NCBI GenBank assembly: GCA_963826915.1
Contig: CAWGYG010000008.1
Span: forward strand, 69,485-133,484
From: an uncultured Acidobacteriaceae bacterium
GTDB taxonomy: Bacteria > Acidobacteriota > Terriglobia > Terriglobales > Acidobacteriaceae
Length of the DNA: 64,000 nt
Direction: 5' to 3'
Each line of letters begins with the position of its first letter. Positions within the stretch are counted from its first letter, which is position 1. Made by a program: the position numbers and the translations under genes. This document shows positions 57,458 to 64,000 of this stretch, one piece after another. The notes beneath the pieces were generated by a model that saw only the letters and a program-made list of their open reading frames with translations, was not told the DNA's origin and did no database searches.

Positions 57458-60298
57458 ATGGCCCTTTTGTGGAACCCCGAAAGCTGGTCGCAACGGCTGG
57501 CTGAACTCGAAGCCCGTTCCGGCGATTTGAAGGAAGCTCCCCTGCGCCGGGACGTGCGTTCGCTGGGCGTGCTCCTCGGAGAAGTTTTGCGCGAGCAGGC
57601 AGGCGAAGACATCTTCGCCCACGTTGAAGCGCTGCGTCAGGGTACGATCCGGCGCCGTGACGCCGAAGCCCGCGGCAAAGATGAGGAAGCCGCCCGCCAC
57701 GCCGCCAAGGCCCTTGAACTCGTTCATTCGCTACCTGTTGAGCGCTCCATTCTACTCACCCGCGCCTTCGCTTTCTATTTCGAGCTGATTAACCTCGCCG
57801 AAACCAATCACCGCAAGCGCCGTCGCATCGCGCTGCAACTTAGTGGAGAAACCACCCGCCAGCGTGGTTCGCTCGCTGGAACACTTTGCGAGATGCGCCG
57901 CGTTGGCATCACCGCGGATGAAGCGATGGACTGGCTTCGCCGCATCCTCATCGTGCCGGTGTTCACGGCTCACCCCACTGAAGTTGCCCGACGCTCAGTG
58001 ATGTTCAAACGCCGTCGCATTGGCGAATTTCTTGCCACGCTCGACCGCATCCCTGTGCCGGAACAGGATCTGGCGCGACTGGAAGAGCTGATTCGGGCCG
58101 AAATTACCAGCCTTTGGCAGACCGACGAAGTTCGCTCGCGCCGTCCCACCGTCTACGACGAAGTGAAGATGGGGCTCGACTACTACGACGTGTCGATCTT
58201 CGCTACCCTTCCCACGCTCTATCGCGAAATCGCCGAGGCCCTCAACGCCACCTACGACCTGAAGATCGAACCACACCAGCTGCCCCTGGTTCTTCGGTTC
58301 GGCTCGTGGATCGGTGGCGACCGCGACGGAAATCCCTTTGTCACGCCCGACGTCACGCGGGACGCTATCCGCCTCGCCCGCGGCCACTTGCTCCTCTACT
58401 ACCAATCCCAGTTCGACGGCATCATCGACCTGCTCACCACCAGCGCTCAGCAGCGTCCCGTCAGCGACGACCTGATGCAGCGCCTCAGCGCCTATGTTGC
58501 ACTCGTGCACACTCCCGAGTCCCAGGTTTTTGGTGCGCAATATGAATTCGAATATTACCGACGCTTCGTTATTTGCCTGAAGGCACGTATTCAGCGCACC
58601 CTCGATCAAGCCGGCAAGCATTCGACCGCTGGACTTCCGGTTACTTCTTTCACCCTGACCCAGGGACAGGAAAAGCTCGCCCAGGTGCTTCCGGCCTACT
58701 CCTCGGTCAACGAATTCCTCGACGATCTCGAAGCGCTGCGCGCCTCGCTCGCTGCCAATGCAGGCTTGCGCATCGCACGCACGCTGATTGACCCACTTAT
58801 CCTGCAGGTGCGCACGCTTGGCCTTCATTTGCATACGCTCGATATTCGGCAACATGCCCGGGTTCACGCTGCGGCCTTGCAGGAGGCCATCTCCGACACC
58901 ATAGCGCCGGTGCTGCCCGGCGGCATGTCCGCCGAGACGTCTTCCGTGCTCGAAACATTCCGCGTCATTGCCGAGATGAAAGACAGCTGCTCACCCGAAG
59001 CCATTCGGCATTACGTCATCAGCGGTGCCTCAAACGTTGAAGATGTACTTGCCGTGGTGCGGCTCGCACGCCTCGGCGGAGTCACAGTCGAGGGCTCCGG
59101 CGCCGACCCGGGCCTGATGCCTGTCCCGCTCTTTGAATCGATCGATGACCTGCGTCAGGCGCCGGCGATCTGCCGCGAACTCTGGTCGCGACCCGATTAT
59201 AAAAAACTCCTCGCTTCGTGGGACAACTGGCAGGAAGTCATGCTCGGCTATTCGGATTCCAATAAAGATGGCGGCATGCTCACCAGCACCTGGGAAATAT
59301 TCCGCGCCCATCGCGATCTGCATAAAGTGGCTCGAGATTCGGGCGTTAAGCTGCGCCTCTTTCATGGCCGCGGCGGAACGGTCGGTCGCGGCGGCGGTCC
59401 CACGCATCGTGCCATTTTTGCCCAGCCCATGGACGCATTCGAAGGCCAGCTCCGCATTACCGAGCAAGGCGAAGTGCTCAATTTCAAATACGCCGACGAA
59501 GTCCTGGCGGAGCGCAATCTCGAACTCATGATCGCGGCATCTCTCGATGCCCTCGCGCGACCCAATGCCCGCGACCCCGAGGGGCACTTCACCGGAGTAT
59601 TGATGCCCGAGTGGGAAGCAGCCCTTGACGAGCTTTCGGCCATTTCATACTCCTTTTACCGCAAGCACATTCTCGAAGATCCCGACGTCGTCACCTACTT
59701 CGAGCAGTCGACGCCTGTTGGCGAACTCGAGCACGCAAAGATTGGATCGCGGCCGGCGCGGCGCAACGCGTCTCCCAAACTGGCTGACCTGCGCGCCATC
59801 CCCTGGGTCTTTGGATGGACGCAGTCGCGGCTGCTTGTTCCCGCTTGGTTTGGCGTGGGCTTTGCGGTCGAACAGTTCACTCAGAAGCCCGGCGCACTCG
59901 CCTTATTGCAGGAGATGGCTGGCGAGTTGCCACTGTTTATTGACCTGCTGCGCAACGTCGAAATGGCACTCGGCAAGGTGGACCTCGCGACAGCACGGCT
60001 CTACTCTTCGCTCGTGGCTGACGCAAAGCTGCGTGAGCGAATCTACGACATATTCGACGCCGAATTCCATCGCAGCGTGCGTGCCGTTCTCGATATCACT
60101 CAGCAGACCGAGCTGCTTCAGACTAACCAGGTTCTTGCTCACTCCATCAAGCTGCGCAATCCGTACGTCGACCCCATGCACTTGATCCAGGTGGACATGC
60201 TTCGCCGCAAGCGCGCCGGCGAAGATACTCCAGAAGTGAACCGCGCCCTCGCCGCGACTATCAGCGGAATTTCGGCGGGACTGCGCAATACCGGGTGA
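57458..60298 (+). CDS. ppc: Phosphoenolpyruvate carboxylase
   Basis: VFTAHPTE, GSWIGGDRDGNP, GYSDSNKDGG, FHGRGG.VGRGGGP and the C-terminal GLRNTG. Start trimmed to ATG 57458. Confidence 0.95.
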   Translation: MALLWNPESWSQRLAELEARSGDLKEAPLRRDVRSLGVLLGEVLREQAGEDIFAHVEALRQGTIRRRDAEARGKDEEAARHAAKALELVHSLPVERSILLTRAFAFYFELINLAETNHRKRRRIALQLSGETTRQRGSLAGTLCEMRRVGITADEAMDWLRRILIVPVFTAHPTEVARRSVMFKRRRIGEFLATLDRIPVPEQDLARLEELIRAEITSLWQTDEVRSRRPTVYDEVKMGLDYYDVSIFATLPTLYREIAEALNATYDLKIEPHQLPLVLRFGSWIGGDRDGNPFVTPDVTRDAIRLARGHLLLYYQSQFDGIIDLLTTSAQQRPVSDDLMQRLSAYVALVHTPESQVFGAQYEFEYYRRFVICLKARIQRTLDQAGKHSTAGLPVTSFTLTQGQEKLAQVLPAYSSVNEFLDDLEALRASLAANAGLRIARTLIDPLILQVRTLGLHLHTLDIRQHARVHAAALQEAISDTIAPVLPGGMSAETSSVLETFRVIAEMKDSCSPEAIRHYVISGASNVEDVLAVVRLARLGGVTVEGSGADPGLMPVPLFESIDDLRQAPAICRELWSRPDYKKLLASWDNWQEVMLGYSDSNKDGGMLTSTWEIFRAHRDLHKVARDSGVKLRLFHGRGGTVGRGGGPTHRAIFAQPMDAFEGQLRITEQGEVLNFKYADEVLAERNLELMIAASLDALARPNARDPEGHFTGVLMPEWEAALDELSAISYSFYRKHILEDPDVVTYFEQSTPVGELEHAKIGSRPARRNASPKLADLRAIPWVFGWTQSRLLVPAWFGVGFAVEQFTQKPGALALLQEMAGELPLFIDLLRNVEMALGKVDLATARLYSSLVADAKLRERIYDIFDAEFHRSVRAVLDITQQTELLQTNQVLAHSIKLRNPYVDPMHLIQVDMLRRKRAGEDTPEVNRALAATISGISAGLRNTG

Positions 60299-60324
60299 AG
60301 ACTATTACAAACGCAAAGCAAAAC

Positions 60325-60350
60325 GAGGGCAGGGATCACTCCCTGTCCTC
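60325..60350. terminator. Stem-loop between convergent ppc and csp genes, likely a bidirectional intrinsic terminator
   Basis: GAGGGCAGGGA-tcac-TCCCTGTCCTC (11 bp with one G-U pair). Read on the minus strand it is followed by a T-rich tract (GTTTTGCTTTGCGTTTG). Confidence 0.6.
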
Positions 60351-60386
60351 GCTTGTGTCTGCTAGATTCTGCCGAATCCCTGTGGC

Positions 60387-60587
60387 TTACAGCGGCTGAA
60401 CGTCCGCAGCCTGCCAGCCCTTGGGCCCCTTCACCACGTTGAACTGCACGGCTTGACCTTCCTGCAGACTCTTGAAACCGCTTGAGTTGATTGCAGAGTA
60501 GTGCACGAAGACATCTTCGCCGTTCTGGCGCGAAATAAAGCCGAAGCCTTTCGCGTCATTAAACCACTTCACAGTGCCTTGTTCCAT
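60387..60587 (-). CDS. cspA: Cold-shock protein (CspA family)
   Basis: [33 protein letters not shown] (RNP1/RNP2 motifs), 66 aa. The track ORF carries a spurious 30-aa N-terminal extension. Confidence 0.95.
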   Translation of the reverse strand: MEQGTVKWFNDAKGFGFISRQNGEDVFVHYSAINSSGFKSLQEGQAVQFNVVKGPKGWQAADVQPL

Positions 60588-60840
60588 TTTGATCGTATTT
60601 CCTGGATTGAATTGCGCTGGATGAATCGGAGCGACCACTGGCAGAATCTTGCTTTTGTTGGGCGAGTTGCTGCTCACGCCCGGTTCGGCTCTAACGCTGC
60701 GGATAGTGTAGCATCCCTGTCAAAAATGGGCGCATAATTCTTCGTCTTTTGCCAATCCCCACGATTCCTGCCTTGGGAAACCATCTCAAAATGAGAAGCT
60801 TACGATGACACTTGTGGCTGTGATACGGTTGTAGGTCGTC

Positions 60841-62217
60841 ATGCCCTTCGATCCAGTCCCCGGCCTGCTCGCCCGCGCCACCGAGGCGCTCGCGGCGAAA
60901 TTCAGTGCGCTACCGGCTATCGATCCGAGCCCGCAAGCCGACTCTGAGATGGCCGCTATGACCCGCGTGCTCGAAATGACCGCGCAGCGGTTGGGCGACA
61001 ACTACCCCTACTTCCACCCACTGTATGCCGGGCAGATGCTGAAACCGCCGCACCCCGTGGCCCGCGCAGCGTATGCCCTGGCCATGAAGATTAACCCCAA
61101 TAATCACGCCCGAGATGGCGGGCGCGCCAGTTCCGAGATGGAGATTGAAGCCGTTGCCGAGATCGCCCGCATGTTTGGTTGGACTGAGTTCCTGGGCCAT
61201 CTCACCTCGAGCGGCACGATCGCCAACTTGGAGGCGCTTTGGGTGGCTGGCCAGTTGGCGCCGCGGAAGCGGATTGTGGGATCGGAGCAGGCGCACTATA
61301 CCCACCAGCGAATCTCCGGCGTGCTCAAACTGGACTTTACGCCCGTCGCTACCGACAATCGCGGGCGCATAAGCCTCGAAGCCCTCGAATCCGAACTGTG
61401 CAAAGGCGATGTTGGTACCGTGGTTGCCACGCTGGGAACTACGGCAGTCGGGGCCGTCGATCCGCTCGACCAGATCCTCACCTTGCGCGAACGTTATGGT
61501 TTTCGAGTGCACATAGACGCAGCCTACGGGGGCTATTTTTGCCTCATTCCAGAGGCACTCGAGGAGCCGGCCCGACGCGCCTACGCCGCCATCGAGCATG
61601 CCGACTCGATCGTCGTCGATCCCCACAAGCACGGCCTGCAACCGTATGGATGTGGCTGCGTGCTCTTCCGTGATCCAGCGGTGGGCCGGTTCTACAAACA
61701 TGACTCGCCCTACACCTACTTCACTTCGAAGGATTTGCATCTCGGCGAGATTAGCCTGGAGTGTTCGCGAGCCGGTGCCGCAGCCGTCGCTCTGTGGGCC
61801 ACTCAGCAACTGTTGCCTCTTTCAGTTGGCGGCAAATTTGCCAGCAGCTTGTCGCAGGGCCGGGCCGCAGCGCTCGAATTGGATCACCGCATTCGGCGCG
61901 ACGATCGTTTTCAGTCCCTCGCAGCTGGATTGCCGGAGCTCGACATCGTTGTCTGGAAGGCGAAGGCGGAGACTTCGACTCACTCCTCGAAGTTGGCGCG
62001 CGCCATTTTTTCCGGCTGTGCAACGCGAAATCTGCACCTCGCCCTTGTACAATTGCCGCATTCCTGGTTCGAGCTGCCGCAAAGCGCTTTCTCTGGAAAT
62101 GCCGAAGAGTATGTCACTTGCCTGCGCTCGGTCCTGATGAAACCCGAGCACGAAGCCTGGTTGGGCAGGATCTGGGAAACGCTAACCGCTGCCTGCGCGG
62201 AAGCGGAGAAGGGGTAG
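60841..62217 (+). CDS. Pyridoxal-phosphate-dependent decarboxylase (group II / fold type I)
   Basis: GHLTSSGTIANLEALWVA, HIDAAYGG and the PLP-Lys context SIVVDPHKHGLQPYGCGCVLF. Substrate not assignable. Confidence 0.75.
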   Translation: MPFDPVPGLLARATEALAAKFSALPAIDPSPQADSEMAAMTRVLEMTAQRLGDNYPYFHPLYAGQMLKPPHPVARAAYALAMKINPNNHARDGGRASSEMEIEAVAEIARMFGWTEFLGHLTSSGTIANLEALWVAGQLAPRKRIVGSEQAHYTHQRISGVLKLDFTPVATDNRGRISLEALESELCKGDVGTVVATLGTTAVGAVDPLDQILTLRERYGFRVHIDAAYGGYFCLIPEALEEPARRAYAAIEHADSIVVDPHKHGLQPYGCGCVLFRDPAVGRFYKHDSPYTYFTSKDLHLGEISLECSRAGAAAVALWATQQLLPLSVGGKFASSLSQGRAAALELDHRIRRDDRFQSLAAGLPELDIVVWKAKAETSTHSSKLARAIFSGCATRNLHLALVQLPHSWFELPQSAFSGNAEEYVTCLRSVLMKPEHEAWLGRIWETLTAACAEAEKG

Positions 62218-62221
62218 AAAG

Positions 62222-63202
62222 ATGGCCGAACATTGTTCTGCCTTGCTTGAAAAAGAAAACGTTCTCATTCAAGCTGGGGCATGCGTCGTCACCATTTGTC
62301 CCCACCTGGGCGGCAAGATCGCATCGATCCGCGTCGAGAATCGAGAATTGCTCCAGGCTCCACTGGCCCCCTTGGCTCCGCGAACCCGATCCATGCCATT
62401 CGACGCCGCGGATGCCAGTGGTTGGGACGAGTGTCTGCCTTCAGTAGCTGCATGTACCGTTGCAACTGATTCTGGACAAACGGAAATTCCTGATCACGGC
62501 GACTTGTGGCGAATCGAGTGGACCAACAGGGATCAGGGTTCAGGGTTCAGCAAACGAGCCAGCGCCCCGGTCACCTTGATCGGACAGTGTTTCTCTCTGC
62601 CGCTAGTACTTGAGCGAACGATTTCGCTGAGCGAGTTGCCTGATCATTGGCACCTTCGTCTCGACTACAAGTTGACCAACACCGGGAAGCAACCGGTGCC
62701 CTGGTCGTGGTCGGCGCATCCCCTTTTTGCGGCTGAATCCGGCGACCGCATCGTTCTTCCCGATTCAATTCACTCATTGCGCCTCGAGGGGTCAGGAGGG
62801 CAAAGACTGGGAGCCGGCGGCGATACTATTGCCTGGCCAATTGCAACCCTCGCCGATAACGGCCTATCTGACCTCCGCATCGCGCAGCCGCCGGAGTCCG
62901 GTATCGGCGACAAGCTCTTTGCCGGCCCGCTCAGCACTTCGGAAAGCTGGTGCGCTCTCGAGCGACCGTCAGCCGGTATACGAATTCGAGTCCGCTTTGA
63001 CTCTTCCGCTACGTCTTACCTCGGCCTGTGGATTTGTTACGGCGGTTGGCCAGTCCGGCCCGGTCCGAAACAAATCTGTGTCGCCCTTGAGCCGTCCACT
63101 GCGCCTGTCGACTCGCTGGCTCAAACCGGCCCATGGTCGCGCATCTTAAATTCGGGCCAGTCCTACTCCTGGCCGATGTTTGTTGACCTTGAACCCATCT
63201 AA
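62222..63202 (+). CDS. Aldose-1-epimerase / galactose-mutarotase-like fold protein
   Basis: ICPHLGGKIASIRV...ELL...DHGDLWRIEW...WSWSAHPLF...ALEP resembles the mutarotase-like beta-sandwich. It lies immediately upstream of galK. Moderate support only. Confidence 0.5.
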   Translation: MAEHCSALLEKENVLIQAGACVVTICPHLGGKIASIRVENRELLQAPLAPLAPRTRSMPFDAADASGWDECLPSVAACTVATDSGQTEIPDHGDLWRIEWTNRDQGSGFSKRASAPVTLIGQCFSLPLVLERTISLSELPDHWHLRLDYKLTNTGKQPVPWSWSAHPLFAAESGDRIVLPDSIHSLRLEGSGGQRLGAGGDTIAWPIATLADNGLSDLRIAQPPESGIGDKLFAGPLSTSESWCALERPSAGIRIRVRFDSSATSYLGLWICYGGWPVRPGPKQICVALEPSTAPVDSLAQTGPWSRILNSGQSYSWPMFVDLEPI

Positions 63203-63215
63203 TGTGTGAGAACTT

Positions 63216-64000
63216 ATGCATGATCCAGAGATTTTGAACTCGTTGCACCTTGCCCGCTTTCAAGTGGAGCCTGTCGTTTTTGCCGCACCGGGACGTGTCA
63301 ACCTAATCGGCGAACATACCGACTATGCCGAAGGCTTCGTCATGCCGGCGGCCATTGATTTCGCCACTCTTGCCGGCATCTCTCCGCGCACCGACGGCAA
63401 GATCGTCATCTACTCTGAGAACTACAAGGAAGACCGCACCTTTGAAGCCGACGACGTGCCTACCCGTGGCTCCAAACACTGGAGCGACTATTCGATGGGA
63501 GTCATCACAATTCTTGCCGGCAAAGGGCACAAGATTCCCGGTTTCAGCCTGAGCCTCCTCGGCGACGTGCCTCTCGGGGCCGGCTTATCCAGTTCAGCCG
63601 CGGTTGAAGTTGCGACCGCTCTTGCCGTCACATCCTTGCTCGGCGTCCAGTATCCAGGGCCGGTGCTCGCCCGTCTCTGCCAGCGCGCTGAGAATGAGTT
63701 CGTTGGCGCCAATTGCGGCATCATGGATCAGTTCATCTCGGCAAATGGAGCTGAGGATCACGCCTTGCTGCTCGATTGTCGCGACCTCAGTTTCAGGCTC
63801 GCACCGATCCCGCCCAGCGTAGCTCTCGTTATCGCCAATACGATGGTCAAGCACTCCGTGGCCGGCGGCGAATACACATCGCGGCGCGCCGAAGTGGAAG
63901 AGGCTGCCACTGTCATTGCACGTCATCGCCCCGAAGTTCGCTTTCTCCGCGATGCCACTGTTGACGACCTCACTCGCTGGGGTTCAGAGATGAGTCCAAA
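63216..64000 (+). CDS. galK: Galactokinase (N-terminal 261 codons; continues past window end)
   Basis: Hand translation from ATG 63216 gives the galactokinase signature APGRVNLIGEHTDYAEGFVMPAAI and the GHMP motif GDVPLGAGLSSSAAVEVA. Absent from the track because it has no in-window stop. Confidence 0.9.
   Translation, partial: MHDPEILNSLHLARFQVEPVVFAAPGRVNLIGEHTDYAEGFVMPAAIDFATLAGISPRTDGKIVIYSENYKEDRTFEADDVPTRGSKHWSDYSMGVITILAGKGHKIPGFSLSLLGDVPLGAGLSSSAAVEVATALAVTSLLGVQYPGPVLARLCQRAENEFVGANCGIMDQFISANGAEDHALLLDCRDLSFRLAPIPPSVALVIANTMVKHSVAGGEYTSRRAEVEEAATVIARHRPEVRFLRDATVDDLTRWGSEMSP

Noticed and set aside
57995-58867. 290-aa minus-strand ORF inside ppc. The same class includes 60910-61809 (antisense to the decarboxylase), 33599-34492 (antisense to phhA/hppD), 15386-16117 (antisense to the metallophosphoesterase), 23094-23831 (antisense to trpA), 38514-39224 (antisense to the carboxyltransferase), and 8418-9146 and 5794-6492 (same-strand, out-of-frame ORFs within the EPS membrane-protein genes)
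   Set aside because: All are nested within strongly supported genes, either antisense or in another frame of the same strand. Their low-complexity translations are consistent with frame artefacts in GC-rich DNA.
60588-60840. About 250-nt region upstream of cspA as a cold-box/thermosensor 5' UTR, with a TTGACA hexamer near 60715-60730 on the minus strand
   Set aside because: This is plausible by analogy with enteric cspA. However, I found no properly spaced -10 partner and cannot evaluate folding by eye, so it is not reported as a feature.

Overview
This is a 64-kb, GC-rich chromosomal segment with dense, mostly co-directional gene blocks. I found no IS elements, integrases, CRISPR arrays or rRNA. 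The protein sequences (a giant Wza-like exporter, a discoidin-GH2 enzyme, long secreted hypotheticals) resemble Acidobacteriota/Terriglobia, but that is only an impression and I cannot confirm it without a database search.

Gene content, in window order:
1. A 5'-complete, 3'-truncated secreted GH2-family glycosidase (1-2010, minus).
2. A complete eight-gene Wzx/Wzy-type exopolysaccharide/O-antigen operon on the minus strand (2482-14033): phosphoglycosyl transferase, 917-aa OPX exporter, kinase-less PCP, flippase, GT2, polymerase, double-GT2, GT2. It sits behind an ~0.8-kb structured non-coding region.
3. A metallophosphoesterase, a 7-Cys ferredoxin, an 839-aa secreted protein of unknown function, and an atypical PIN-domain pair.
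4. An aromatic amino-acid biosynthesis block (trpC-trpF-trpB-trpA, chorismate mutase, DAHP synthase, tyrA), then glgP and a tRNA-Met(CAU).
5. A Phe/Tyr catabolic operon (hppD-phhA-hmgA-unknown-fahA) with a divergent Lrp/AsnC regulator.
6. thpR, an APC permease, a leucine-catabolism (liu-like) block, and scoAB.
7. A nine-gene chemosensory operon (44.5-54.8 kb).
8. An L,D-transpeptidase, an ABC-F ATPase, ppc, a cold-shock protein, a PLP-decarboxylase, a mutarotase-like protein, and a truncated galK.

Most interesting items:
- The che-like operon is headed by a transmembrane-less 584-aa protein with two degenerate copies of the chemoreceptor hairpin-tip motif. It also contains a STAS-domain gene overlapping cheA and a soluble MCP built from four 91-aa tandem repeats.
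- An uncharacterised 284-aa ORF is translationally coupled between hmgA and fahA, exactly where a maleylacetoacetate isomerase is expected.
- A PIN-domain gene with substituted catalytic acids is coupled to an unusually long 238-aa upstream partner.

All functional calls come from reading motifs in the supplied translations. No searches were run.
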